Source: Nitrosopumilus sp.
GTDB taxonomy: Archaea; Thermoproteota; Nitrososphaeria; Nitrososphaerales; Nitrosopumilaceae
Direction of reading: 5' to 3'
Assembly: GCA_965224195.1 (NCBI GenBank)
Contig: OZ245040.1
Coordinates: forward strand, 992,001 to 1,056,000
DNA: 64,000 nucleotides
In this document: positions 1-10,432 of the stretch, piece by piece
How positions within the stretch are numbered: the stretch's first letter is position 1
Layout: each line of letters opens with the position of its first letter
Made by a program: the position numbers and the translations under genes
The notes under the pieces: generated by a model
What the model was told of the DNA's origin: nothing
The model's database searches: none
What the model saw: the letters and a program-made list of their open reading frames with translations, nothing else

Positions 1-954
1 ATAGTTTACTCCTTTCACCTCGATAGTTTTCTCTGAACCAATCAATCCTGCTTGGAATGCTGGGCTATCTTCTACTACTGTAATCACTAAAAATCCCACT
101 GCATCTTTTAGATTTAGAACACTTGCCATGTCTGGATCAATGTCTCTACCTGCAATTCCAATCCATGGGTGTTTGTATTCTCCATTTTGAATTAGTGTTG
201 GAACAATTTTTGCAACAGTTTGTGATGGAATTGAAAATCCAACTCCTGTATTACTTCCTGTTGTAGATTGTATTGCAGTGTTAATTCCAACTATTTCTCC
301 ACGCATATTCAGTAGTGGTCCACCAGAATTTCCTGGGTTGATTGCAGCATCTGTTTGAATTACATCTGGGATTTGATAGTTTGATTCTGTTGGAAGTAAT
401 CTACCTAATTGACTAATGATTCCTGAAGTCATAGAGCCTGATAATCCAAACGGATTTCCAATCGCAGCTATTCCTTCTCCGACTTTGAGATTGGATGAAT
501 CTCCAATGGATAATGGATGTAATAAGGCTAAATCTGCATTGACTTTGATGACTGCAATGTCTGTGTATTGGTCAGTTCCAATAATTTTTGCATTATATGA
601 TCTACCGTCAAGAAATGTAACTACAACTTTGTTTGCATCTTTTACAACATGTGAATTTGTTATGATGTGCCCTTTCTTGTCAAAAACAAAACCTGAACCC
701 ACTCCTCCTGCAATTTCTTCTGATTCTCCTCTTTGAACATTGACTCTAACTACTCCTGGTTCTGATTTTTCAAAAATTTCAATTAGTGATAAACTCTTGG
801 AAACTAATGGAGTTGCATCTACAACTATGTTTGCATCGTTATTACTGATATCCGGTTTCAATGATTCTGGTGGTGAGATAAACAGTACTGCTACAATAGA
901 TAATACCATTGCTGCTCCTATTGCCCCACCTACAAACATTCCTGATTTGTCCAT
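1..954 (-). CDS. HtrA/DegP-like trypsin serine protease with PDZ domain (3' end runs off window)
   Basis: Not in the ORF track. Minus strand from ATG at 954 reads MDKSGMFVGGAIGAAMVLSIVAVLF (TM anchor), then GSGF, TNSHVV and IQTDAAINPGNSGGPLLN (catalytic Ser motif), then HPWIGI (PDZ start). Confidence 0.93.
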   Translation of the reverse strand, partial: MDKSGMFVGGAIGAAMVLSIVAVLFISPPESLKPDISNNDANIVVDATPLVSKSLSLIEIFEKSEPGVVRVNVQRGESEEIAGGVGSGFVFDKKGHIITNSHVVKDANKVVVTFLDGRSYNAKIIGTDQYTDIAVIKVNADLALLHPLSIGDSSNLKVGEGIAAIGNPFGLSGSMTSGIISQLGRLLPTESNYQIPDVIQTDAAINPGNSGGPLLNMRGEIVGINTAIQSTTGSNTGVGFSIPSQTVAKIVPTLIQNGEYKHPWIGIAGRDIDPDMASVLNLKDAVGFLVITVVEDSPAFQAGLIGSEKTIEVKGVNY

Positions 955-992
955 GAGATTTTTTATTCCTTATTTTCTATCTAAAAGGCTTG

Positions 993-2201
993 CTATACAC
1001 TGATTGAACTTTGAGAATGATCTTTCATTGAATAACTTCTACCTCTCCATGTTATAGCTGATGCTCTTTTAGCTTGTAGTAATCCACTCAAAAATCCTAA
1101 CACTACTACCAAACTTCCAAGTGGTGCAAATATTACATACGCTAGTTTTATCTTTAAACCAATTTTCACTTCTATGATTGCACCAATGTAAATCAAAATT
1201 GAGGCAATTGCAGATGCCATACAAAGTATTTTTGCAGATGTTGTCTCTACTGCTAAAGAAGTTGAAATTGCTAATATTGGAAATGGTACAAACAACAAAA
1301 ATACTATCGCAAAAAATATTCCTATTGCAATTTTTCCACTTTGAAGATACAGTGGCACCATTAGTCTTTTTAGAGCATTCCATAATGTGCCTTTGTCTCT
1401 AGCCCATATGGCATCTACTAAGTGCTCTGCACGCACCATTTTCATTTTATACCCTGCTTCCTTTACTTTTCCCCCTAAAGCCACATCTTCGATAATTTCT
1501 TGCTTGACTTCTTCATGCGTGCCAACTTCTTGGTATGTTGTTTTTTTGAGAATAAAGAAACTCCCAAAAAAATAACCTGTCTTTTTTGCTGGGTTGTTTA
1601 CATTTAGTGCAGAAAATCTAGCATGCAAAAATGTTGAAATCATTGGTAGTGTGATGTTTGTCCAAAAATCAAATGTTAGCATTTTTGGTATTGCTGATAA
1701 TGCATCCAGTCCAAATGAATTCAAGTGAGATACTGCGAGTGTTATGACGTTTTCCGCATGTTTTGTATCTGCATCTGTGAACAATAGTAGTTCCCCTGTT
1801 GCTTTACCATATCCTTCCATACATGCCCAGTTTTTCCCCATCCATCCATCTGGTTTTTTTCTTGCAGAAACTGGGATTATTTTTGGATATTTTTTTGCAT
1901 ATTCTGAAATTATTTCTCCGGTTTTATCTTCTGATGAATCATCAATTACAATGATCTCATAATTTCCATAGTCTTGTTTTACTAACGAATCTAAACATTT
2001 TCCAATAAATCTCTCTTCATTTCTAGCTGGTAAAATTATTGAAACTTTGGGATTTACTTTAGATGTGTTTTCAAATTTATCTAAATATGGAGTAAATCTA
2101 AATGAATCAAGCATTGATTTGAGAAGAAAAATCCATACCCCACAAACCCCGATTAGAATTGCAGTTAATGTATAATTGAAAATATCTAAAATTAATTCCA
2201 T
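993..2201 (-). CDS. Family 2 glycosyltransferase, membrane-bound
   Basis: SIILPARNEE, DDSSED, LFTDAD (DxD) and ED motifs; N- and C-terminal TM helices. Confidence 0.9.
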   Translation of the reverse strand: MELILDIFNYTLTAILIGVCGVWIFLLKSMLDSFRFTPYLDKFENTSKVNPKVSIILPARNEERFIGKCLDSLVKQDYGNYEIIVIDDSSEDKTGEIISEYAKKYPKIIPVSARKKPDGWMGKNWACMEGYGKATGELLLFTDADTKHAENVITLAVSHLNSFGLDALSAIPKMLTFDFWTNITLPMISTFLHARFSALNVNNPAKKTGYFFGSFFILKKTTYQEVGTHEEVKQEIIEDVALGGKVKEAGYKMKMVRAEHLVDAIWARDKGTLWNALKRLMVPLYLQSGKIAIGIFFAIVFLLFVPFPILAISTSLAVETTSAKILCMASAIASILIYIGAIIEVKIGLKIKLAYVIFAPLGSLVVVLGFLSGLLQAKRASAITWRGRSYSMKDHSQSSISV

Positions 2202-2623
2202 TAAACTTGTCTCTCGATTTCTTCTTTGATGCTTTGCATTGCTTGTTCTGTTCCGCTTTTGATGTGTTTTTTAATAATACCTGTAAACATACCCATCATA
2301 CCTGTCAGTTTGATGTCCCAATATGTTGAAAGTATTATTTTTTCGTTTTTGGTGGTTAATGATACTATTTTCTCACCATCAATTATTCCTTTGGTGAATC
2401 GTGCTTCAATTTTCTCTTTAGGGTAAATTTTTACTTGTTGTAAGCATTTTTGATCTTTAAATGCAATTGTAACTTCTCTATTGATGATGTTTCCTTCTTT
2501 TGAAATATTCTTGACTTCTTTGGTACCTTTCCAAAATTTTGGCTCATTATCTATATCTGAAACAATATCCCACACTTTCTCTATTGATGCATTAATTTCT
2601 ACTTCAACTTGGATTGTAGCCAT
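2201..2623 (-). CDS. SRPBCC / polyketide cyclase-like (START fold) protein
   Basis: N-terminal IEINASIEKVWDIVSD..P.FW signature; 140 aa. Confidence 0.8.
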   Translation of the reverse strand: MATIQVEVEINASIEKVWDIVSDIDNEPKFWKGTKEVKNISKEGNIINREVTIAFKDQKCLQQVKIYPKEKIEARFTKGIIDGEKIVSLTTKNEKIILSTYWDIKLTGMMGMFTGIIKKHIKSGTEQAMQSIKEEIERQV

Positions 2624-2680
2624 AGAATGAAATCAACTATTCCGCATTAAATATATTAGATTCCTACAATGTTTCAAATA

Positions 2681-2759
2681 GACTGTGATCGGTAACATGC
2701 CTAAAATCCGGAACATTAACTCCAGTTCCAATGGCGTTTGCCATTCTTCGGTCACAGTC
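2681..2759 (+). ncRNA. Candidate structured small RNA (unassigned)
   Basis: 11-bp closing stem GACUGUGAUCG/CGGUCACAGUC enclosing hairpins GGAAC/GUUCC and AAUGGC/GCCAUU; GC-rich relative to flanks; TATA-like TTAAATATA about 26 nt upstream. Confidence 0.5.
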
Positions 2760-2778
2760 ACTTAAAATTTGAAAAAAA

Positions 2779-2994
2779 ATGAAACCAACAAAATACATGC
2801 CAAAAATTGAAACTTTAGATGGTGCAGGTTTTTGGAAAAATGCATATGCTCATCAACGAGGGAAATTATTAAAAAAAGTCAATGTTCCTGAAGATCAAAT
2901 TGTTGAATTAGTTAACAAAAAGTACATGGAGATTCCTGCAGCATTAAGATATGAAATTGAAACAAGTGGGATTAATAAAAAAGATTTACAATGA
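2779..2994 (+). CDS. Small hypothetical protein (start may be 2797)
   Basis: 71-aa ORF with normal codon usage filling the intergenic gap. Confidence 0.7.
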   Translation: MKPTKYMPKIETLDGAGFWKNAYAHQRGKLLKKVNVPEDQIVELVNKKYMEIPAALRYEIETSGINKKDLQ

Positions 2995-3034
2995 AATCCG
3001 AAAATCATTTTAACGGGAGAAATTAGGTTTTATC

Positions 3035-3364
3035 ATGTCTACGATAACTTACGATGATTTTGCAAAGTTGGATATTCGAGTCGCAAAAATTATTGCAACT
3101 GAACCAATTGAAGGTAAATCTAAAATTATCAAAGGTAGAATTGATTTGGGAAATGATGATCAACGTGATGTAATAATTGGAGGAGCGCAATATTATCAAC
3201 CTGAAGATATAGTTGGAAAAACTGTTATTGTAATAGCAAATCTTGAACTAAAAAAAATGGCTGGAGTTAAATCAAATGCCATGTTGTTGGCAGCTGATGT
3301 AGATGACAAGCCTTTCTGGTTAACTGTAACAGAAGATGTTCCTTTAGGAAGCCCAATTAAATAA
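3035..3364 (+). CDS. tRNA-binding OB-fold protein (Trbp111/CsaA/MetRS C-terminal-like)
   Basis: ITYDDFAKLDIRVAKI ... NLxxKKMAGVxSNAMLL. Confidence 0.9.
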   Translation: MSTITYDDFAKLDIRVAKIIATEPIEGKSKIIKGRIDLGNDDQRDVIIGGAQYYQPEDIVGKTVIVIANLELKKMAGVKSNAMLLAADVDDKPFWLTVTEDVPLGSPIK

Positions 3365-3425
3365 TTTAATTTAAAAATTATTTTTCAAATTAAAATTAAT
3401 AAAAATAGATTTTTGACTTGCAAAA

Positions 3426-3986
3426 TTAATCATAAATCATTAATTCTTTTTCTTCTAGTAATGAGTGTAAATTGTTCACAGAACGATACACATCTTCTTC
3501 ATGTTTAGCTCCTGTACAGACAAGTTTTCCTGATGAGAATAACAAAATGACTGTTTTTGGATCTACCATTCTGTGAATGAGTCCTGGAAATTGTTCAGGT
3601 TCATACATACTTCGTGGTAATGTTCTTGCAGCTTGCTTCAAATGGATTTTTCCACCTAAATTGATAGATGCGACAATATTTTGAATTGTCACCACTGCAT
3701 TTTTTTTGACCTTAATTCCTCCTTTTCGAAGATTCTGCACTACTGTTTTTACTGCCTTTTTCGCCATTTCTTCAGATTTGGAACCAGTACATACCATTTT
3801 ACCTGAAGTGAAAATTAGTGTCGCTGTTTTTGGGGTTTTTAATCTGAACACTAGTCCTGGAAATTGATCCGGATGATATTCCACATCTGGAAATTTCCTA
3901 GTAATGTCATTCAAGTCCATTTTTTGCATTACGTCTGCAGAAGCTACAACATTCTCTACACTCACGATAGGTCTTGTTTGTGGCAT
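3426..3986 (-). CDS. tbp: TATA-box binding protein
   Basis: Two repeats of NVVAS...YxPxQFPGLxxR...LIFxSGKxVCTG. Confidence 0.98.
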   Translation of the reverse strand: MPQTRPIVSVENVVASADVMQKMDLNDITRKFPDVEYHPDQFPGLVFRLKTPKTATLIFTSGKMVCTGSKSEEMAKKAVKTVVQNLRKGGIKVKKNAVVTIQNIVASINLGGKIHLKQAARTLPRSMYEPEQFPGLIHRMVDPKTVILLFSSGKLVCTGAKHEEDVYRSVNNLHSLLEEKELMIYD

Positions 3987-4118
3987 ATTCGGTTTTTTGT
4001 CTTTGAACTATAATAAAAGCACTCTCCATTATTTACTTCCAAATACCCCTTTTTCAAATTATTGTGAATTCTGATCTTTGAATTTGAGAACAATGTTTTA
4101 ATTTGGTTCTAAGGGATT

Positions 4119-5249
4119 TTGATTCTAGTGAATTTTACAAATTTTGATTTTGATCAATTGTTTTCGATGAGCGATGACTCTAATCCGATAATGATGTTGG
4201 TATGGATTCTTCCGATAATTCTTTTTGTATTTTATGGGCAACAAATTCAACTATTTGTTACTTCGCGAGAAATTAAAAAAGGGATTAAAAAATTAGAAAA
4301 TTTTAGAGAACAATCTAGAACTGAATTAATTAATTATGTTAAAAATAATTTAAAAGCAAAAGATGATCCTGTAAAAAAAATTGATAAATTTTTGGATTAT
4401 TTCACTATAATGCCTGTGGATATGGATCCTAATGGAATTGTTGACAAAGTTAGACATACAGTAAGATCTAGAGATGATTATACTCGAGAACATGTGAAGT
4501 CACTTTCTCCTGAAATGTCTGATGTTGAATTGACAAAAGTCCAAACTTTGCTTGAGATTGCATCATCACTTCAATTAATTTACAAAATTGTCAATCACAT
4601 GTTCTTAACTGCTAAAAAACAAAACAACTATCCCTTGATTTTACCTCTACAAATGATTCTTCCTTTCATAATGGAGCAGGCAGAGGCAATGAGCGATGCA
4701 ATTTCTGCATTTAAAACAGGTCAACCTGTAGGGGATGGAATCGGTTCAATGGTTGTTGGGAAAATGATGCTAAATAACGAAAAAGAAACTGTTGCTTTAC
4801 AAACATCTCTTGCAAAAATAGATTTTGAAGATAGAAAATTATTTCTTTTAAAAGCTGAAGGTCCTGGTTCAACAGTAGGTAGACCTGCAGATGGTTTAGA
4901 GAAAATTATCTCTGAAAATAAAATTAATGCAATAATTATGATTGATGCTGCATTGAAAATGGAGGGTGAAGATTCTGCATCTATTGCCCAAGGTTTTGGT
5001 GCTGCTATTGGGGGAATTGGAACAGAACGATTTCAAATCGAAGCAGTGGCAACAACTAACAATATCCCAATATTTTCTATTGTAGTAAAACAATCTGTTA
5101 AAGAAGCCATCACTTTGATGACAAAAGATATTGCTGATACTGCAGAAATTGTAAGATTACAAGTAAATGAAATGATTATTGAAAATACCAAACTTGGTCA
5201 ATCAGTTGTAATAATTGGTGTTGGTAATACATCTGGAGTTCCACAATGA
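4119..5249 (+). CDS. Conserved archaeal DUF1512-type protein
   Basis: N-terminal TM; PVDMDPNG, GDGIG, IDAALKMEGE, GAAIGG and IGVGNT motifs. Confidence 0.8.
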   Translation: MILVNFTNFDFDQLFSMSDDSNPIMMLVWILPIILFVFYGQQIQLFVTSREIKKGIKKLENFREQSRTELINYVKNNLKAKDDPVKKIDKFLDYFTIMPVDMDPNGIVDKVRHTVRSRDDYTREHVKSLSPEMSDVELTKVQTLLEIASSLQLIYKIVNHMFLTAKKQNNYPLILPLQMILPFIMEQAEAMSDAISAFKTGQPVGDGIGSMVVGKMMLNNEKETVALQTSLAKIDFEDRKLFLLKAEGPGSTVGRPADGLEKIISENKINAIIMIDAALKMEGEDSASIAQGFGAAIGGIGTERFQIEAVATTNNIPIFSIVVKQSVKEAITLMTKDIADTAEIVRLQVNEMIIENTKLGQSVVIIGVGNTSGVPQ

Positions 5250-5428
5250 TTTTCTCCAAGAAAAAAATTACAACTGAATACACTGTAGAACAATGTACAA
5301 AATGTGGTACTTTGACTAAAAGAAAATTCAATAATGGCGATGTCTTGTTTGCAGAACTCTCAAAATGTACTTCTTGTGATGGACTTGCAAGGATTGAGAA
5401 AATTTTTGGTGAAACAATAGAGCAATAA
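5246..5428 (+). CDS. Small Zn-ribbon protein coupled to the DUF1512 gene
   Basis: CxxC...CxxC; ATGA overlap with upstream stop. Confidence 0.75.
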   Translation: MIFSKKKITTEYTVEQCTKCGTLTKRKFNNGDVLFAELSKCTSCDGLARIEKIFGETIEQ

Positions 5429-5434
5429 TTTAGA

Positions 5435-5548
5435 TTACTCTGTTTTGTATTTTACATTACATGCTGGACAAAACCATGTTGCAGCTTCCCCTTGCTCTCT
5501 AAACATAAATTCGCCACATTTTGGGCATGCTCTGACTTCTTCACTCAT
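5435..5548 (-). CDS. 37-aa CPxCG zinc-ribbon microprotein
   Basis: MSEEVRACPKCGEFMFREQGEAATWFCPACNVKYKTE; immediately downstream of map. Confidence 0.7.
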   Translation of the reverse strand: MSEEVRACPKCGEFMFREQGEAATWFCPACNVKYKTE

Positions 5549-5562
5549 GTTTTCATGCTTTT

Positions 5563-6459
5563 TTATTCGGCCCTGGTTGTTACGGTTACTCCGTTCTCAT
5601 TAGGAATGAATGTGTGTTCTGCTTGTGCTACTTTTTGTTCATTAACTTCGATTAACACAGGATATGCTTGAACTGCTTTTTTCTTTATTAGAAAATCTAA
5701 TAGTTCACGTGCCTCCTTTTCCTCCCATTTTTTTGTTAACCATCTTAGGGCAAATGGCAACATGTTACAATTCTCCCAAATGAAATCAAGTAGTCTGTCT
5801 GCCTCATCATTTTTTGTTTTCTTTCTTGAATTTAATGCAAAAATATTTTTTATATTTCCATTTCTAACAAATCCTCCTGCTTGCTCTGTTGTTACAAATG
5901 GCTCACATGCATAAGCTGAATTCTCTGAAAGTGAAAATCCACCAATTGACCAAATATTTGGAATTGATTTACCTGCATGTATGGTATATTGATCTAATGA
6001 ATGTCCACTAAGATTTGCAATTGGTTTGAAACCCATTTTTTTAATTGTTGTTTCAATAGTTCGCCCAATATCACTTGCTTTCACTCCCGTTTTTATCATT
6101 GACATTGCATTCCCTAATGCTTCTTCAGCTGCTTGAACTAATCCGTCAAACTGTGCATCATAACAAACAGTTACTGCTGTATCTGCAATGTATCCATCAA
6201 TTTGCGCTCCAAGATCAATTTTTACTAAATCTGTATCTTTGATTGTAATTGGATCATTTGGTTCTGCAGTATAGTGAGCTGCAATTTCATTAATACTGGC
6301 ATTTACTGGAAATGCACATTTGGCATCTCTTTTTTTAATTTCATTTTCTACTTCTTCACAAATTTCAAAGACTGTTTTACCTATCCAGTCTTTGGCTCGT
6401 ACCATCTCTCTTACTTCAGCTGCAATTTTACCTGCTTTGATGTATTGCTCTGTTTGCAC
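5563..6459 (-). CDS. map: Methionine aminopeptidase type II (probable GTG start at 6459)
   Basis: AAHYT, DLG, DTA, LSGH, CEPF and AQAEHT motifs; the longer ORF-track extension overlaps tRNA-Pro. Confidence 0.95.
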   Translation of the reverse strand: MQTEQYIKAGKIAAEVREMVRAKDWIGKTVFEICEEVENEIKKRDAKCAFPVNASINEIAAHYTAEPNDPITIKDTDLVKIDLGAQIDGYIADTAVTVCYDAQFDGLVQAAEEALGNAMSMIKTGVKASDIGRTIETTIKKMGFKPIANLSGHSLDQYTIHAGKSIPNIWSIGGFSLSENSAYACEPFVTTEQAGGFVRNGNIKNIFALNSRKKTKNDEADRLLDFIWENCNMLPFALRWLTKKWEEKEARELLDFLIKKKAVQAYPVLIEVNEQKVAQAEHTFIPNENGVTVTTRAE

Positions 6460-6531
6460 AATCTCGATCTTGAATTTGCCTTTAAAATGATTATCTGTGA
6501 AGCTTAAATTGGGCAATTTTCTGGTTTTACT

Positions 6532-6608
6532 GGGATCGTGGTCTAGCTTGGTATGATTCTGCGTTTGGGACGCAGAGGTCGCGAATTCAAATTTCGCCGA
6601 TCCCACCA
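6532..6608 (+). tRNA. tRNA-Pro (UGG), intronless, CCA encoded
   Basis: Acceptor GGGATCG/CGATCCC-A-CCA; anticodon arm CTGCG-TT TGG GA-CGCAG; T arm GCGAA-TTCAAAT-TTCGC. Confidence 0.96.
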
Positions 6609-6747
6609 TCATCTTCTTATTATCAAATCATATCTATATCCAATTGCCGAGCAATGAGGAAGAGTTAGAGAAATGACTTTGAATGAAGTAAACTAATTGA
6701 GTCTGAGCTCCGGCACGTTTTTATCAATTCTTAGGTTTTTTGTTTTA

Positions 6748-6993
6748 ATGAACTTTGAGAGGCGTGATATCGTTTTGATTGTTGGGATTTTCTTTGTTGT
6801 CCTCGGTATTACTCAATACGTTCCATTTCACTATTCTGCATTGATAGGAGTTGGATTTTATTTTGCAATCAAAATATATGTTGAAAAACGACGAAAATCT
6901 ATTAAAAATACTATTGGAGATGGAATCTGCATGGAATGTGGCTCTAAAATTGTTCAGGCAAAATGTCCCCAATGTGACTATTCTCAAGAATGA
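6748..6993 (+). CDS. Small membrane protein with C-terminal Zn ribbon
   Basis: Two TM segments then CMECG...CPQC; ATG at 6748 preferred to TTG at 6697. Confidence 0.7.
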   Translation: MNFERRDIVLIVGIFFVVLGITQYVPFHYSALIGVGFYFAIKIYVEKRRKSIKNTIGDGICMECGSKIVQAKCPQCDYSQE

Positions 6994-7131
6994 CTTCTTC
7001 GTACGCCTTATTACTGAAAAATTAAGATAATTTTTGATGGTTTTAAGATCTCTGACTTTAACAATTAGCTCAACTTTTCCTCAATCCCCTTCTAAAATGA
7101 GTCTTTTAGGCAACCAAATTAGGAATTAACA

Positions 7132-10100
7132 ATGAATCGTAACATACCACTAGTATTTTCTCTACTTCTTTTTGCAGGAATTCTTGCTCCGGCATATGCT
7201 CAAACTTCTGAAAATGTTGTAATTAATGAAGTCGACATTAATCCTCCTGGAGATGACTCTACAACTATTTCTGAATGGGTTGAACTTTACAATCCTACTG
7301 ATTTTGAAATTGATATTGGGGGATGGGAAATTGCATCCACCACTGTACTGAAAAAGACAATGACTATTCCACCTAATACTATGATTGAACCAGGACAATT
7401 TTTGACATATTCTTTTCAAAATGTTTGGTTCACTGATGCAAATGAATCAGTTGAACTCCGAGATGAAAATAATATCATAATTGACAAAACTCCTAATCTC
7501 ACTGATATACAAAATGATTTTACTTCATGGCAGAGACTCTATGATGGATATGACTTTGATAGTTCTGATGATTGGAAGTTTGTAGTTTCTACTGCAGGTT
7601 CTTCCAATGGAAAATTAATTCAAACACAAGAAATTAACGGTGTCACAGTATCTGTTTCATCAGAACAACCTTCTTACATCTTTGGTGATGTTGCGGTAAT
7701 TTCAGGTGCTGTTTCTGAAGAAGTCTTTATAATCCAACCATTTTTTCAACCTGAACAAATTATAATTTCTATTACTGGACCTAATTTCAATAAAATAGTT
7801 ACAATGTATCCTGATCTAGATCTTCAATATGAGACAACATTAAGTTTACATCAAGTTTTGGGAATAAACCAAGGATCGTATGATGTTATGGTAAGTTATG
7901 CTGGTTCAATTGATAGTACTAATTTTTCTGTTGGCACTGAAATTATAGAACAAGAAATCAAAGAAGAATCTGATCTTGGAATTTTTACTGATAAATCTCA
8001 ATATCTTCCTGGAGACCATGTTGATATTACTGGATTTGCCTCTGAAATAATACCATTTCAAGGAATGGTATTTACTATGACTGATGCTAGTGGTACATCT
8101 ATTGCAACTGGAAATCTTTTCCCAACTAATGGGGAATTTTCAACTTCTGTGTATCTTACTACTGTGAATCCTAATTATGGAACATATACCATCGAGGCTG
8201 AATATTCTGATAAACTTACATCGACTTCCTTTGAGGTAGTTGAGGATATCAAAGAAGATGTTCCAATATCTCTTTGGACTGATAAAGTAGCATATGGTTT
8301 GGATGATGAGGTCACAATAAATGGTAGATTAAATGATGTTTGGATTGGAAATTTGGATTTAGAAATTGTACAAACAAAACAATCTTCATCCACTACTAGT
8401 GATGCTGGATTTAAAATTTTAGATAGTTTAAAAATAATGGGTGATGGTTTATTTACTTATTCTTTTACAATTCCAGATAATGCCGTTAGATTAGGTGATT
8501 ACAAAATTACAGTATCTAAAGAAATTGGATCTGCCACAATCATTGCTTATGTTGTAGATGATCCAGAAAATTTTGTTCCTACCACTGACCCCTTAACTGT
8601 GGCGACTGATGCAGGTGTCTATGAATTTGCTGATACTGTTGTTGTTAGTGGTTTTGTTAAAGATCCATTTAGTAATTCAAGCTATGGTACTGGAACAGCT
8701 GTAAAAATTTCAATATCTCATGAAGATGGTAGCCCTCTAGAAATTGTTAATTTACAAGAAGCAAAAAGATTGGACGGTAGTGGTGTAATAGGATATGATT
8801 TTACAGCAATTCCTGAAACATCTGGACGATATTCTATTGAACTTGATATTACTAAAAACATCTTTACAGTTGGAAATTATGTTGTAAAGGCCCAATATTT
8901 GTCAGATGTGATGACTTCGACATTTACTGTTGTTGATTCTCTAGATTTAGATGGTGGTGCAATACTGTCTATTGATAAAGAAGTTTATGGTTTAGGTGAA
9001 ACTGTCCATCTTACAGGAATAATGCCTCGTACAGGCGATAATTCTGTTGTTATTTCAGTTACTAGACCTGATGGTACTAGAACTGATTATGGTGCAACTG
9101 TTGAGAATCAAAGATTTTCATGGTCTTGGGATGTTCCAGTATATGAAAAAATACCGTTATTGAAAGAAGATGACGGTCGTGACGTTAGGACATCTAATTA
9201 TGGTATTTACAAAATCAAATCTGCAATTGCTTCTGAAAGTATAGATATTTTCTTCAAAGTATCTGAAGATCCTAAAAATGATTCATTATCTACTACACCT
9301 CTTTTCGTAGAATCTGAAAAATCATTATACAAAGCAGGTGAAGACCTGAGAGTATCTGGTAATGTCATTTTGCGTGAACAAGGTGATGAAGGATTAGTTG
9401 TCAAAGAACGTGTACAATTGAGAATCATCGATGGCACATTCCCATTTAATTTAATCCATGAAGCAAATGTTTATTCAAATCAAGGTGGTGAATTTTCAAG
9501 TCTATTTGAATTACCTGCAACAATATTTTTAGAAGGTGAATACATTGTTCGTGCAAATTATGTAGGCACCCAAGCTGAATCCAGATTTAGTGTAGCAAAT
9601 GACTTTGTGTTTGGTATAGATGATGATTTAGCTTTATTGATTGGTACTGATAAAACAGAATATTATCTTGGTGATACAGTAACAATCTCTGGAAAACCAA
9701 ACAAATTAGTTTATTTGGAAAAATTTGAAGTTGGTGTACTTCAAAAATCTGAATCTGAAATAACTTGTGGCTCCTTTATTTGTGGAACAAATGCTGGCCC
9801 TATTACCACTATTTTTCCAGGTCCATCTGGTTCATTCATTCATGAATTTATAATTCCTGATGATGTATCTTCCATTGGTTTGTATGAAGTAAGTGTAGAT
9901 GCTGATTTTGATACCGGCTCTGTAACTTTTAATGTTCTTGAAAAATCATATACTCCAAAATTAAACACTGTAATTGAAAAACAAAATAGAATTGCAGATA
10001 AAACAATTCCAATTTTTACTGAAGAAAAAACTACTGACAGTATAACCCTTGCTCCAAGAGTTCTAAGTGGATCTTTGATTACTCCTACTAGAGGTGACGA

Positions 10101-10398
10101 ATCAAACGTTGATCTTAAAGTTTCAACTGTTACTGGAACTTGTATAATTGGCCCTGATGCTAATTGTCTAGTACGTGAATCTACACGTAAACAAGGTCAA
10201 ATTTATGATGTTGTAGAAGTTGATGGAGTTAATCTTAATGTTAGATATAGCGGTCCTGATGTACGTCTAGAAAAATTCAGTATTTTACCTGAATCCTCTA
10301 TAGCATTTTTACCTGATGCAAATTGGAATGTTGAGGTTCTCAAAGATGATCAAGTTTCGAGATTTTACTATAAAGTAACTTACAAGACCTTAGAGTAA
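7132..10398 (+). CDS. Secreted lamin-tail-domain protein with repeated Ig-like modules
   Basis: Signal peptide ending AYA; VVINEV...EWVELYNPT LTD motif; repeated TDKxxYxxGDxVxIxG modules. Confidence 0.85.
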   Translation: MNRNIPLVFSLLLFAGILAPAYAQTSENVVINEVDINPPGDDSTTISEWVELYNPTDFEIDIGGWEIASTTVLKKTMTIPPNTMIEPGQFLTYSFQNVWFTDANESVELRDENNIIIDKTPNLTDIQNDFTSWQRLYDGYDFDSSDDWKFVVSTAGSSNGKLIQTQEINGVTVSVSSEQPSYIFGDVAVISGAVSEEVFIIQPFFQPEQIIISITGPNFNKIVTMYPDLDLQYETTLSLHQVLGINQGSYDVMVSYAGSIDSTNFSVGTEIIEQEIKEESDLGIFTDKSQYLPGDHVDITGFASEIIPFQGMVFTMTDASGTSIATGNLFPTNGEFSTSVYLTTVNPNYGTYTIEAEYSDKLTSTSFEVVEDIKEDVPISLWTDKVAYGLDDEVTINGRLNDVWIGNLDLEIVQTKQSSSTTSDAGFKILDSLKIMGDGLFTYSFTIPDNAVRLGDYKITVSKEIGSATIIAYVVDDPENFVPTTDPLTVATDAGVYEFADTVVVSGFVKDPFSNSSYGTGTAVKISISHEDGSPLEIVNLQEAKRLDGSGVIGYDFTAIPETSGRYSIELDITKNIFTVGNYVVKAQYLSDVMTSTFTVVDSLDLDGGAILSIDKEVYGLGETVHLTGIMPRTGDNSVVISVTRPDGTRTDYGATVENQRFSWSWDVPVYEKIPLLKEDDGRDVRTSNYGIYKIKSAIASESIDIFFKVSEDPKNDSLSTTPLFVESEKSLYKAGEDLRVSGNVILREQGDEGLVVKERVQLRIIDGTFPFNLIHEANVYSNQGGEFSSLFELPATIFLEGEYIVRANYVGTQAESRFSVANDFVFGIDDDLALLIGTDKTEYYLGDTVTISGKPNKLVYLEKFEVGVLQKSESEITCGSFICGTNAGPITTIFPGPSGSFIHEFIIPDDVSSIGLYEVSVDADFDTGSVTFNVLEKSYTPKLNTVIEKQNRIADKTIPIFTEEKTTDSITLAPRVLSGSLITPTRGDESNVDLKVSTVTGTCIIGPDANCLVRESTRKQGQIYDVVEVDGVNLNVRYSGPDVRLEKFSILPESSIAFLPDANWNVEVLKDDQVSRFYYKVTYKTLE

Positions 10399-10432
10399 AT
10401 CCAAAATACCCTCAATCTTATTCTTTATTGAA

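Noticed and set aside
416-1003. Plus-strand ORFs 416-736 and 740-1003
   Set aside because: Antisense shadows of the HtrA-like protease on the minus strand
6532-6608. tRNA-Pro as an integration site
   Set aside because: I found no duplicate of its 3' end in the window and no adjacent integrase
6460-6612. N-terminal extension of the map ORF
   Set aside because: Runs antisense through tRNA-Pro and its promoter; homology begins near GTG 6459
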